Shown: positions 27,712 through 38,700 of the stretch, piece by piece | How the letters are laid out: each line of letters opens with the position of its first letter | Position numbering within the stretch: the first letter of the stretch is position 1 | Assembly: GCA_022627495.1 (NCBI GenBank) | Contig: JAKEGJ010000029.1 | Span: 42,408 to 106,407, forward strand | Source of the DNA: Candidatus Micrarchaeota archaeon | GTDB taxonomy: Archaea > Micrarchaeota > Micrarchaeia > Anstonellales > Bilamarchaeaceae | Reading direction: 5' to 3' | DNA length: 64,000 nucleotides | Notes under the pieces: model-generated | Told to the model about the DNA's origin: nothing | The model's input: the letters and a program-made list of their open reading frames with translations, nothing else | Databases searched by the model: none | Made by a program: the position numbers and the translations under genes

Positions 27712-28776
27712 ATGCAGATTGTGAAAAGTATCGTATTCCGTAAGCTTACAGATGCCGATTTCTTTCACATCAATAAACCTGCTGGAACTGAAACGGGGGG
27801 TGGGGGGCAGTCCTATATCGATATATCGACCTCAGCCGTTACCTTGAATAATTGGAAGGAGTTTTTTCACGGAATAACTCCTTTTCAAAGAAGTGGGCGA
27901 ATAGGTTGGAAAGTACCCATCCATAGTTTAGGGACTAAAACGCCTGCTCAAGAAATTACTATTGCGGAACGTCGTGATACTAGTGTCAGTATCCGTGAAC
28001 AAAAACTATCCAGCAGAGAAAGTAATCGAGTATATGCATGGCATCCAGACTATACAGATTTTCCAAAACCCACCAATCCATCGGAGAAAGAGCATATCTA
28101 TGATCTCCGTATCTATATCGTAAAATTAGAGAATGGAGAATACTGGGCAGGATGGTTGAATAGAAGTCGTCCTGAACCAAACTGGTCGGTGAATAAAGAT
28201 CTCAATGAAATTTTCCTGAAAGATGAGGGTTATATCAAATTTAACGGAAATACTCTTTTTGAGGAAGCTGATTCTGAATGGTCATTTAGAATAGCACCCG
28301 CAACCGCCACCCAAATTACCGATCCAATTGTTCCTACAACTGAGTTAGAACGAAAAATTGATGATAGAATATTATTTGATGAAGATGAGGGCGAAACTGA
28401 AAATAATCCTCCGGTGATTAAAGAGGTCGTCAGGAAAATAAGAATAAGAAATACCAAAGCAGTTAAACAACTTAAACAATTATACGGGAATAAATGTCAA
28501 ATATCGGGAGAAATATATACATTTCAGAAGAAAGATGGCGAACTCTATTCAGAAGCACATCATCTAATCCCATTGGGTGAAGGGGGGGCCGATTCAGCAC
28601 ACAACATTGTGATATTAAGCCCACTCCTCCACCGCATGCTCCATAACGCAAAAGTCGAGAATCTAGACCTTAGAAATATCAAGGATAACAAATTAACAAT
28701 AAAAATTAATGGAAAGGATTATACTATTACTTGGCATCCCGATCATGCGAAAATTGTGGAACAATTTAACCAGTAA
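27712..28776 (+). CDS. HNH endonuclease, probable restriction enzyme
   Basis: RN...V..LK..Y..KCQI, YSEAHHLIPLGEGGAD..HNIVILSPLLHRMLH. Convergent with two MTases. Confidence 0.8.
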   Translation: MQIVKSIVFRKLTDADFFHINKPAGTETGGGGQSYIDISTSAVTLNNWKEFFHGITPFQRSGRIGWKVPIHSLGTKTPAQEITIAERRDTSVSIREQKLSSRESNRVYAWHPDYTDFPKPTNPSEKEHIYDLRIYIVKLENGEYWAGWLNRSRPEPNWSVNKDLNEIFLKDEGYIKFNGNTLFEEADSEWSFRIAPATATQITDPIVPTTELERKIDDRILFDEDEGETENNPPVIKEVVRKIRIRNTKAVKQLKQLYGNKCQISGEIYTFQKKDGELYSEAHHLIPLGEGGADSAHNIVILSPLLHRMLHNAKVENLDLRNIKDNKLTIKINGKDYTITWHPDHAKIVEQFNQ

Positions 28777-29839
28777 AAAGGTGGAATAGATATTCAGTTA
28801 CGTGCTCTTCAGCCTTTTCATTCCTACTCTTAAACCGTTTATGTTTGAATTCTTTTACTGAGATATCGCCAAAAGATTTGAAAAATGACATAAGTTGCTC
28901 TTTAGTAAGAAGCCCATCGCTGCTATAACTTATAAGAAAGTGTTTGCAATCCATCTCTGTGATTATCTTTGTAAACGCTCCACGGATTTTGATTTTCGAA
29001 CAAAAATCAGAGTACTCATCTCGCCAAGGTCTCAAACCACTTTTTCCAATTGCTGAGGGTTCGTCCTCCTTTGCTATCGTTTCAAGCAGATGGTAATTAG
29101 CCGCATATTGTCTTTTGATATAAGGGGGATCAATGTAACACGTATCTGCTTTGATGTCCTTGGCCAGTTCTTCTGCATGTCCATGTTTGACATCATGGCC
29201 GTCAAGTTTACCTCCTTTTTCAAAATTTGTTGGTGTAAGTTTTAACGGAACTCTCGCTCGTTGCACGAATTTAGATAAGTAATGGCCATACGTTCCAGCG
29301 ATATTTGCTACGTCATTGGATGCTAATATTAGGTCATGAATGAGCAAGGAATGCTCAATATCTGTCAAATCCCCGTTCATCTTCGCTTCTTTTATGAATG
29401 CTCTAATCGCATCAATTTTTTGAGCATTTTCTCCTGTGAAATATTTTCGTGGTTCAAATCCATTTTGTGGTTTGCCATCTGAACTGAACTCACGCCAAAA
29501 AAAACCCTTTATCCCTTCCAAATTATTTAGCGTATATATCATTTGCAAATAACCCGATTCATCTCCTAAAAATTGTTGTTTACTTTCAGATAAGTATTTC
29601 TTAACTCGTTCAAACCTTGGGGGGATTTGAAGGAAAAGTTTAGCTTTAGTAAGTAGGCATGCTTGGAGCATAACGTCGCAAGCAATTACTCGATATCCTC
29701 TTTTTCTTAGTTCAACTGAAATTGCACCTGTGCCACACATCAAATCTACTACTGTTCCATTTGGAGGGGTTACCCTACTCACCTCCTCTAGTATTCTATC
29801 ACTTATCTTCTTTTTTGCCCCGATATAACGGTATCCCAT
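28766..29839 (-). CDS. DNA adenine methyltransferase (alpha class, D12/FokI-like)
   Basis: RYIGAK, DLMCGTG, YIDPPY, QYAANYH and ISYS motifs. Confidence 0.9.
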   Translation of the reverse strand: MGYRYIGAKKKISDRILEEVSRVTPPNGTVVDLMCGTGAISVELRKRGYRVIACDVMLQACLLTKAKLFLQIPPRFERVKKYLSESKQQFLGDESGYLQMIYTLNNLEGIKGFFWREFSSDGKPQNGFEPRKYFTGENAQKIDAIRAFIKEAKMNGDLTDIEHSLLIHDLILASNDVANIAGTYGHYLSKFVQRARVPLKLTPTNFEKGGKLDGHDVKHGHAEELAKDIKADTCYIDPPYIKRQYAANYHLLETIAKEDEPSAIGKSGLRPWRDEYSDFCSKIKIRGAFTKIITEMDCKHFLISYSSDGLLTKEQLMSFFKSFGDISVKEFKHKRFKSRNEKAEEHVTEYLFHLFTG

Positions 29840-29848
29840 GAATAGCCC

Positions 29849-31618
29849 TTACATTGTTTTTCTAAAGATTTCTTCAGTATCAATTTTTTTGAGTTCTCTG
29901 ATAGGAAGAAGTTCGTCTGATTCATTTATTGCATTGAATATTATTTCATAATCCTTCTTTGTGAGCGAAAACAACTTAGCGATAAAATATTCTATTTTGG
30001 CATCGGTTTCATCATTTGGTTTTTTCCCATTCTTTAATATTGGGCGAAGTAACTTAGTTATCCTATTTTTTATCTTGATATTCTCTTTATTTTTAAGATT
30101 TGGTAGAGGTAAATTGGCAATCTGTGATTGGGTAAGATACGGGTGTGATCTCCATTCCAATTCTCCAAATGCTTTAATTAGATAGAAATAGTACGCTCGT
30201 GAATTCAATAATCCGATGTAGAACTCTAAATCATCGAGTTCCATTTTTGATTTAACGATATATACGACCTGGCTTGTGTAAGAATCGCTATAATCGAGTG
30301 CCGCAGTAATGCCGACCCCTGTCTTTCGAATAAATATTTTAGGACTTCTATACAGTTCTGGTTCTTTGTAATTAATCCCCCGGAACCCCAATTCAATATA
30401 TTTTGAAGGTGAAGTAGAATACCGCTTCAGATCACCCCCTCTTATAAGACTTGCAGACTTTTTTGTTTTCTTATTTGTTACAATTGTCTCTTGCTTTGCG
30501 GTGGCGGTGTTGATTTTTTTCCCGCAATACGGACAATTAGTGATTGGTTTTTCCGACAATGGCATCCACAATGAGCAGTAATTGCAAGCAAATACTTTAC
30601 CTGAACTACTTAACTCTACCCCTCTTGATATTGTGAGAACATCGTCTAATCTGCCATTCGCAGGTTTCAACTTCTTTATCACATTGGTTTCTGTTTCTTT
30701 AAGGTCTATGTCGAAGCGTTGAAAGTCATTATTCCTAAATCGTTGTTGGGGCACTATATGAATATTTTTTCTCTCTGATTCCTTGAAGCTCAATTGTCCC
30801 TTCAATATCTTGTTCCTATCATTACTCGTGAGTCGAAAACAATCAACTTGACCTAACTTTTTTGGTGGAGCGTTTCTGCATATAATAACAACACAAGATC
30901 TATTCACTCGCGGAAATAGTTTTTCGCCTAAACGTGCAATGAATCTTATCTCTGTTTTTTCAATTAAAACATTGCGAAGAATGCTCTTCTCGTGATTCAG
31001 TATAGAATCCGGTACGATGAATGCAAAGTACCCTCCCTTCTTAACAATTTTCAATGCCAGCTCCATAAAAAGTTCAAACGAATCAAATTGCCCCTGTAAT
31101 GTTTTGAAATCCGCAACTCTAAGTTGTTTTTTATACTCGGACAAATCTGCGCCCCACGGCGGATTTGTTATTAAAAGATCAAAACCCTCCGTTACCCCGG
31201 TTTTTTTGAAGATAGTTTTCCATCCCGAAGTTAGAGATGTATTTTTTATAGGGCAAAGTGCATTTGAATTTAGAAGCCGAAACTTCATTTGATTTGAGTC
31301 CAATTCTGTTAATCTATTTTTACTGGCTTCAATGGCATTGCAATCGATGTCAATACCAGAAAAAATGATAGAATCACGTTTCATTATTTCTTTTTTTATC
31401 TCAACTGCAACTTTCTCAAGAAGAACCCCATCTCCAACTGCAGGATCAATAATACTGATACTCCTTTTGTTTTTGATTTGGCCATCCTTTTCCACATACT
31501 CTACGAGCTTGTGAGCAACATACTCCGCAAGATTATCCGGAGTATATACTGCTCCATTTTTTTTGACGAGTTTAGAATCGTCAGAAACATTCTCAACTAA
31601 CTTAGCAAATGAGTTCAT
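29849..31618 (-). CDS. N6-adenine DNA methyltransferase (gamma class, TaqI/Eco57I-like) with zinc ribbon in the TRD
   Basis: GAVYTP, IDPAVGDG, GIDID and NPPW; CNYC...CPYC; TaqI_C-like GLLNS...LP. Confidence 0.9.
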   Translation of the reverse strand: MNSFAKLVENVSDDSKLVKKNGAVYTPDNLAEYVAHKLVEYVEKDGQIKNKRSISIIDPAVGDGVLLEKVAVEIKKEIMKRDSIIFSGIDIDCNAIEASKNRLTELDSNQMKFRLLNSNALCPIKNTSLTSGWKTIFKKTGVTEGFDLLITNPPWGADLSEYKKQLRVADFKTLQGQFDSFELFMELALKIVKKGGYFAFIVPDSILNHEKSILRNVLIEKTEIRFIARLGEKLFPRVNRSCVVIICRNAPPKKLGQVDCFRLTSNDRNKILKGQLSFKESERKNIHIVPQQRFRNNDFQRFDIDLKETETNVIKKLKPANGRLDDVLTISRGVELSSSGKVFACNYCSLWMPLSEKPITNCPYCGKKINTATAKQETIVTNKKTKKSASLIRGGDLKRYSTSPSKYIELGFRGINYKEPELYRSPKIFIRKTGVGITAALDYSDSYTSQVVYIVKSKMELDDLEFYIGLLNSRAYYFYLIKAFGELEWRSHPYLTQSQIANLPLPNLKNKENIKIKNRITKLLRPILKNGKKPNDETDAKIEYFIAKLFSLTKKDYEIIFNAINESDELLPIRELKKIDTEEIFRKTM

Positions 31619-31770
31619 TTAGCCGCCTTCTTTATGCCCATCAGTTCGTCCACCTTATTCTGAACAAATCTGGAAAGATTGATACTATTGGTTTTAAGAT
31701 ATTCAACCTGGTCTTCTCTCAGCGTTATTGATCTTGGTATGTACCTTTTTCCATTTTTCATCTTTGGCAT
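31615..31770 (-). CDS. 51-aa ribbon-helix-helix/CcdA-like protein, probable controller of the MTase operon
   Basis: Manual translation MPKMKNGKRYIPRSITLREDQVEYLKTNSINLSRFVQNKVDELMGIKKAAK. Stop overlaps the MTase start (ATGA). Confidence 0.7.
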   Translation of the reverse strand: MPKMKNGKRYIPRSITLREDQVEYLKTNSINLSRFVQNKVDELMGIKKAAK

Positions 31771-31969
31771 CACCGACTCATCAACTAATGATGTTTAAAA
31801 CGTTTTTCTGTTATTTCAATGTTATCATACTCATCATATATATCATATATATTTTAATTATTATGTTTATTATATGTATTGAAAATATCAAGGCGATTTC
31901 AACATAGGTCATTTTTCTGCCCAATTGGGCACTTTCCATAAAATAGTCCCTTGAGATATCTATTCAGCC

Positions 31970-32821
31970 ATGTCTAAGCATCTTGTTGTGATCGGCGATT
32001 GCCGGAACATGGCTGAAGTGGAAGATGGCTCGGTCCAGCTCGTAGTAACAAGCCCGCCTTATTTCAATGTCAAGGACTATGGCATTGACAACATCGGCTC
32101 GATTGACGAGTACGACGTATATCTGCGAGCCATGCGCCAGGTTTTCAGCGAGTGCTACCGGATTCTGGAAGATGGCCGTTATTGCTGCATTAACGTCTCG
32201 GACGTGATAAGCGGCGAGTCGAAATACCCGATTCCGTCCCATTACGTTAGCATTCTCCAGCGGGCCGGATTCGCCTACCGTGATGATATTGTCTGGAAAA
32301 AGCCAAGCGGCGTAGGGGCCAAGGCTAGCGGAGGGAGCGGCAAGCGGTTCGGCACGCTCATCCAGAACCCCTTTCCGATGTACTATTACCCGAACAACAT
32401 CTACGAGCATATCCTCATTTTCAGGAAAGGAAAGTTCGATTTCAAGACGGTCAGCATGCAAGAGAAAGAAAAGGCCCGAATCGACATCGGAGAGGCAAAG
32501 AGGCGCTGGAGCAACGATATCTGGGAGATGGTCCCGGAAATCAAAAACAAGTACAACCGGGACACTCACCCGGCCATGTTCCCGGAAGAGCTGCCCGAAG
32601 CGCTTATCCGACTTTACACGTACCCGGATGAAACGGTCCTTGACCCGTTCCTCGGCAGCGGCACTACAACCAAGGTAGCCCGCCAGCTCGAGCGCAACTC
32701 GATAGGGTATGAGATCAACCTCGCCTACCTGCCGATAATCGAAGAAAAGGCGGGTTTTGAGGGGCCGGATCCGGATTTTCGCGTTATCATAAGGCAAAAT
32801 GGTGATATGCATGAGGACTAG
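31970..32821 (+). CDS. Site-specific N4C/N6A DNA methyltransferase (beta class)
   Basis: VTSPPY precedes HPAMFP and DPFLGSGTT. Confidence 0.92.
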   Translation: MSKHLVVIGDCRNMAEVEDGSVQLVVTSPPYFNVKDYGIDNIGSIDEYDVYLRAMRQVFSECYRILEDGRYCCINVSDVISGESKYPIPSHYVSILQRAGFAYRDDIVWKKPSGVGAKASGGSGKRFGTLIQNPFPMYYYPNNIYEHILIFRKGKFDFKTVSMQEKEKARIDIGEAKRRWSNDIWEMVPEIKNKYNRDTHPAMFPEELPEALIRLYTYPDETVLDPFLGSGTTTKVARQLERNSIGYEINLAYLPIIEEKAGFEGPDPDFRVIIRQNGDMHED

Positions 32822-33122
32822 GGAGTTGTTATTGGGAATTCTGCTGGCGGGACTTTGTATCGCTGCTCCGCTCAGTATACCCGCCGATCAGCCGATATGC
32901 AACCTTTACGGCATAATCAAGGTCATCGGTACAATTGTAGGTGTGCTGATGGCAGCTTATGCGGGCTTCATACTGGCAAGCACCCACGAGCTGACGGAAA
33001 GGAATGCGGCCAAGGCATTGCTTAGCGGAGTTGCGATAGGCCTGATAATCATCTGGCTAGCTCCGCTCATCGTAACCAATCTGGTAGGGGCAAGCGGCAG
33101 CGTTTGCGGGTGGACATCGTGA
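32811..33122 (+). CDS. TrbC/VirB2-like pilin
   Basis: Signal plus two TM helices, and ERNAAKALLSGVAIGLIIIWLAP pilin-like pattern. Confidence 0.7.
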   Translation: MRTRELLLGILLAGLCIAAPLSIPADQPICNLYGIIKVIGTIVGVLMAAYAGFILASTHELTERNAAKALLSGVAIGLIIIWLAPLIVTNLVGASGSVCGWTS

Positions 33123-33343
33123 TTGACCTGTCAGCGATAGCCACCTCAATCAGGCTGGTCGCGATTTTCTTTTCTGTCGTGATTATGGGCTATGCAGGTC
33201 TGATAATCGCGACAAGCAGCGACCCGATGGCCAGGAATGAGGGCAAGGAGATAATAGCTGGGGTTGTAATCGGCCTATCGATTCTGTTCCTCGGGCCGGT
33301 TATCTCATCCGCTTTGACAGGAGGTGTTTACTGTCCTGCCTAG
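33119..33343 (+). CDS. Second TrbC/VirB2-like pilin
   Basis: YAGL..ATS.DP..RNEGKEIIAGVVIGL. Paralogous to the previous gene; GTGA overlap. Confidence 0.7.
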   Translation: MIDLSAIATSIRLVAIFFSVVIMGYAGLIIATSSDPMARNEGKEIIAGVVIGLSILFLGPVISSALTGGVYCPA

Positions 33344-34838
33344 ATTTTTCCTCCTGCTTCTGGTTCCTTTGGCCTTTGCTGGCTACCAGCATCATGACTA
33401 CGTAAGGGATAGCGATTATCATGGTCCCACGCCAGTCAACGATACGTTAATCGACAACTGCCCGGCGCTAGGGATAGACCAAAGCGTATGTGATGCGGCA
33501 AATAGCACCAATCTTACAAAAACCGCGAAAAAAGCGCTTATCCTTGCAGCCTTGAATCCTGATGCCACCCTACCGGATTATGGGTTTATTGATGCCTGGA
33601 ACGCCGGGATGGGTTTTGGGAAATACCCGCCATTCGGTGTAGCTCCTATAAGCAGCGGTTCGATACGGGATGCCTGGGTAAAGATAGTCGATATTTGGCC
33701 TTCGGTCATTGAAGGCAATGAGACGTTATTGAACGATACGGGCAAGATTAGGGCCAGGTACGGGTTTACCTTCGTTTTGCCTGATAAAACGGCTTCGGGG
33801 GACTGTAAAACCGGTTATAGCGCCGATGGATACAACTACAGCCTTGAGATCCTCCAGAACGGGACAAATCTCAGCGAAAACAACGAAAAAGACGCTGATT
33901 TCAGACTTAACGAAAGCATCGGTCTCTTCCAAGCAAACCTTTCGATTGCCAGCGGCTATAAGGCGCGTCATTATGTCTGGGTAACCCACTGTGACGATGA
34001 CGACGATTGCCATGAAACGTGCGAATACGCATATACCCAGAATGTTACGGATCAGCTGAACCCATCTGATTCCAAGACCGGGCAGCTCTACAATTTCAGC
34101 TATGCCGCCAAATCGATGGTGGATGCTAACCATAGCGGCCTTCTGGACTTCTGGTTTTCATATAACGTTAGCGATGATTTCTCTGAGATAGTTTTGGAAA
34201 GCGGGAATTCGAACATACGAATTCGGGGAACGGAGTACAGGCTAATCGCGCTTTATGAACCGTACAACATCCTTACCTACGACGCGATACCAAAGAATAG
34301 CTCGGCTTTTCCCTATTACGCCCCGATTATCTACGACAATCAGACCGAAAACTTGACTTCGGTTCAAAGAACGATACGAACGTTTATCCCATACTCCGAC
34401 AATTGCACAATTGCCTTTCAATCGCATTTCAACAGGACAATAATCCCGCAATTCTGCAATGTAACGAATCAGACGCCGATTCTCAACGTCTCGATTGCCG
34501 AACGCCTTGACGATTCAACTGTATTGGACGTTTTATTCTATGATAACACAACCGGGCAGCCATTCCCAAACAAGCGGTTAGCGGTCAGGTTTGACGGTCA
34601 AGAGAAGAATATCACAACCGGCCCATCCGGCAAGGCAAAGATTACCATCCCGATTTCTGCTGGACTTGTGAGGATCTCATTCATTACCGACCTTGAAGCC
34701 AAGAGCGCTGAAACGATAGTCGTTCTTGCCCAACAGCCGGACATTAACGAACAAACCCTGCTAGGCTTGGTCCTATTGCTGCTCGCCCTGCTTCTCGCTT
34801 ATCGGATAGGTACGAGGTGGATTAATGCAATGGCTTAG
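33324..34838 (+). CDS. Secreted, C-terminally anchored glycoprotein in the transfer operon
   Basis: Signal peptide, many N-x-S/T sequons, a CDDDDDC loop and a C-terminal TM segment. Confidence 0.7.
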   Translation: MFTVLPRFFLLLLVPLAFAGYQHHDYVRDSDYHGPTPVNDTLIDNCPALGIDQSVCDAANSTNLTKTAKKALILAALNPDATLPDYGFIDAWNAGMGFGKYPPFGVAPISSGSIRDAWVKIVDIWPSVIEGNETLLNDTGKIRARYGFTFVLPDKTASGDCKTGYSADGYNYSLEILQNGTNLSENNEKDADFRLNESIGLFQANLSIASGYKARHYVWVTHCDDDDDCHETCEYAYTQNVTDQLNPSDSKTGQLYNFSYAAKSMVDANHSGLLDFWFSYNVSDDFSEIVLESGNSNIRIRGTEYRLIALYEPYNILTYDAIPKNSSAFPYYAPIIYDNQTENLTSVQRTIRTFIPYSDNCTIAFQSHFNRTIIPQFCNVTNQTPILNVSIAERLDDSTVLDVLFYDNTTGQPFPNKRLAVRFDGQEKNITTGPSGKAKITIPISAGLVRISFITDLEAKSAETIVVLAQQPDINEQTLLGLVLLLLALLLAYRIGTRWINAMA

Positions 34839-35781
34839 GGTTATTTTGTTCCTCGGGGTAGTCTTGGGGTGTGCGTTCTCACAATCGGCAAGCATACAGA
34901 TACCGGCCCCCACGTGCAACAGCTCGGCTGACCTCCTAACGACAATCAGCACTATGCCCCAGTGCGTTTCTGAGGCGATATTCAATACCATGGTAGAGGG
35001 ATTCATGTACTCGGCGCAGCAGTTTTACGGCCTCTCCATGACCCTCCTGACTGCATCCCCGGACATCAACTGGTTCTGCCAGCCATATCAGAACGTGATG
35101 GCGATTATCGAGACCTTTTACACAATAATCCTAATGGGTTTGGGAGCCTACTATATCCTCCATTCGACCGAAGTGGATGGCCGGGTCCGGTCAAAGATAT
35201 GGCTGAAAAACATCTTTTTCATGGTGGTGGCACTTGCCTTTTCATTCAATCTTTTCGGGATGCTGCTGGACCTTAATCAGAGCATCTGCACGACGATTTA
35301 CTCTTCCGTCAGCTCGAATATCTTCGACATAAACGCTCAGCTTTCGAACATGATATTTGCTCTTATCGTGGTATCCAGCTTTTGCGTGATGAACGGCTTA
35401 ACATTCGCAACGCTCATGGCCCGCTACATGCTGATTCCGTTTCTTCTTCTCCTCTTCCCACTGTCGATTTTCCTATATTTTATCCCTTTTACGCGGAACT
35501 GGGGCGCTTACCTGTTCAAGTTCATTGCCCTCGTTGTTTTCATGACAACGATTGATGCAATCCTGCTACTCGGGCTTTCGTATCTTTTCAATTCGCCGGA
35601 CCCGATATTATCCGGTACGCTGAAGACCTTCGGCCTGATGATCGGCTTCGGACTGATTGGGATAGTCAACGCGATAATTTACCTTATCGCCGTGATTTCG
35701 GTGGTCTCAATGGCACTCAAGACGGTTGAATCCTTAGCCTCGATTGCCATGAAGATAGCGATAATGCTCTCCTTCCTGTGA
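34825..35781 (+). CDS. Polytopic membrane protein, VirB6/TrbL-like
   Basis: Several TM helices, R..LI.FLLLLFPL...LYFIPFTR pattern, and position between the pilins and VirB4. Confidence 0.7.
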   Translation: MQWLRVILFLGVVLGCAFSQSASIQIPAPTCNSSADLLTTISTMPQCVSEAIFNTMVEGFMYSAQQFYGLSMTLLTASPDINWFCQPYQNVMAIIETFYTIILMGLGAYYILHSTEVDGRVRSKIWLKNIFFMVVALAFSFNLFGMLLDLNQSICTTIYSSVSSNIFDINAQLSNMIFALIVVSSFCVMNGLTFATLMARYMLIPFLLLLFPLSIFLYFIPFTRNWGAYLFKFIALVVFMTTIDAILLLGLSYLFNSPDPILSGTLKTFGLMIGFGLIGIVNAIIYLIAVISVVSMALKTVESLASIAMKIAIMLSFL

Positions 35782-35785
35782 TTCT

Positions 35786-38700
35786 ATGGCCTACGACATT
35801 CCAGACGAGATAAAATACCGGGAGAAGATAATCGCCAACCTGGACAGCAGGCAGCTCATCTATGCTGCCCTTTTTGGATTTCTCGCATTCCTGGCTTTCA
35901 GGCTGCCGGTTGAGGGGGAGCTGAAATTCGCACTGCCGACGCTCATATCGCTGACAGGTGTGGGTTTCATATTCCTCAATTTGGGAGAGCGCATTAGAGA
36001 GGTATTCAGTTTTTACTTCGCCTTCAGAAAAGCAGAGTATAAGGAATCGGCAGCGCAGAAATTCTTCGAAGTCAAATCAGTATCGGATAATGTCATCCAT
36101 TTAGACAACGGCAAGAGGCTGGCAGTTCTCGAAGTCCAGCCAGTGAACTTCAGGCTTTTGGACGACGGAAGAAAACTGGCGCTCATATCGAATTACAAGG
36201 CATTTTTGAATCAACTAATGACACCGGTTCAAATCCTCGTAAGGACAAAATCGGTCAGCCTTGAAGACTATTTTAACAAGACAAACAGCAGGCGAATCAA
36301 GGATGGGCTTCTCCTCGCGCTCTATTCTGATTTTCGCATTTTTGAGGAAGATTTCCTTTCGTCTAACAGCATCAAGGAGAGACAGTTCTACCTTATCGTT
36401 CCATTCACAAAGAATACAATTCCAGACAAGCAGATACCGCCCTTGAAATTGCTTGAAGATATAATGAGTATCACTCAGGAGAAACTAGAGGCTTGCGGCC
36501 TTGAAATGCGCAGGTTAAATGATGCTGAAATAACCGACTTATTGTATTCCTACGGCAGTAGCTCTGAAGATAACGAAGAAAGGCCAGACGACTTGTTTAA
36601 TTCGATAGTTGGCCGTATCACATCTGGTATAAACAGAATCAAGACCCTCAACAGGCACTTCCCGGGGTACGCATGGCAGATTAAGCTTGGCCCTGAGAAC
36701 GTTACACCGCCACTGCTTAGGAACACGAAAAAAACACCAGAAATATTTAGCTTGGGTAAAGCTCGGGGCGCAAGCAGTTTTCAAAGCATAGGCGATATGG
36801 GCTTATGCCCCCCTCCGAGCACGATATTGCAGTTCGCTGGCTCAGATATTTTGCATCCGAAGCAAAACATCAAGATAACGGGAAGGCAAATCGGATATAA
36901 AATCCCAAGAAATCGCATGTGCCCCCTGGGTTCTGGAAAATTGGTCTGGCCGGAAAGCTTCGGAGGTTGGATAAAAGATGACGTCGAGCCCGAACCCGGT
37001 AACTTCAGGCAGGATATAACGCCTTCATTTGACATCCGCAAGAACTGCGCTTATGTAAACGAAGAGATCCACCGTATCGTAAAGGTGTCCGGGTATCCCC
37101 GTAAGGTTGAAGATGGCTGGCTCCAGGCATTTCTCACAAAAAACGAAAACTACGATATAATCATGCACATCGACCCGGCATCGATAAACGCCAGGCTTGT
37201 CTATCTTCACAATCAGATAATACAGCAAACGAGCGACCTTGTTATGAGCACTTCCAAAGGCACGCCAAATCCTGCCCTAGAGATAAAGAAAGCCGATACG
37301 ACGAGGGTATATGACTCCCTTTACAAAGGGGAGGAGAAAATGTTCGACGTCTCCATTTACCTAGACAATCATGCCCCCACTATCCCCGACCTCGGCCTGT
37401 TAACCGAAAAATGCAAATCGAACCTCAACGCGCAGATGATGGTACCCAAGGTTACGGAGTGGAGGATGGCAGACGGCATAAAATCCACTCTGCCGATAGC
37501 GTTCAATCCTCTAGCTGCCGGGCGGGATTTTCTTACAAACTCGCTTGCAGCCTCTTTTCCCTTTATTTCCCCTTCAAATACGAAGAAAAATGGCATTCTG
37601 TTTGCCCGTGAAGCCGATACTATGACACCCCTGTTTCTGGATTTCAAAGGCATGAACAACAAGCATTTTTTCATAATCGGGATAAGCGGATCAGGCAAGA
37701 GCTACACAAGCAAATACCTTATGATGCAGCAGCTCTTTGCGGAGGATACAAAAGTCTTTATCCTGGACCCTAATGGCGAATACGTGCCGTTATGCAAAAG
37801 CCTCGGCGGGCAGGTAATCGAGCTATCGCGTGGTTCCCAATCCACAATCAATATCTTCGACCTTGGAGGAAATGATTACAGCGATAAAATGCTAAGCCTG
37901 CTCTCCGCTTTTGACATTATCGTAGGCGGGCTTACAGAGAGCCAGAAAGGGGTTCTGAGCAAGGTTCTTACCCGCGCGTATGCAAGGAAAGGCGTAATCC
38001 ACAGCAGGCCCGAAACGTGGGACCGGGATGCCCCGACCTTCAGCGATGTGCGGGATGCAGCGCTGGAAATCAAGGCCGAGTTCGCAGGTGGTAACGAATA
38101 CCTGAAAGACCCAAGCATCGAAGCCCTTCTCAACCGCATTGAGATGTATTGCCAGAGCGGGCTCTTCGGTTTTCTTGACCAGCCGTCCAAATTGGACGTA
38201 AATAAGGGCTTTGTTTGCTTCGACCTGAGCAAACTGCCTAACGCGGTCAAGAACCTGCTTATGTTTGCCACGCTTGAGATAATACGGCAGGAGATTAGCA
38301 AGGATAAAAAGCCCAAAATCGTGCTGATTGATGAAGGCTGGTCGCTGCTCCGGAGCCGGGAAGTTGCGAACTATATTCTCGAATTTGTCAAGACCTCAAG
38401 AAAATTCAACACGTCGTTGGGGTTTGTTACGCAGGAGATGGAGGACTTGCTACGAAGCAGGACGGGAAAATCCATCCTGAATACGGCTTCGGTCAAAATT
38501 CTCATGAGGCAGAATCCGAGTAATATCGACCTGATTTCTGATACCCTGAAGCTCAACCCTGCCACGAAAGAGTATCTGCTGACGGCACGGAACGGCCACG
38601 GATTGCTATTTACAGAACAGAACGCGTTCAAGTTCTTTGTCAAGGCATCGGACAAGCTGCACGCGCTCATAACAACCAAGCCCGAAGAGCAGGTTCAAAA

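Noticed and set aside
31964-32812. 282-aa minus-strand ORF, and similar long antisense ORFs such as 55945-57036, 45463-46347 and 59774-60715
   Set aside because: They mirror well-supported genes on the opposite strand and carry no motifs.
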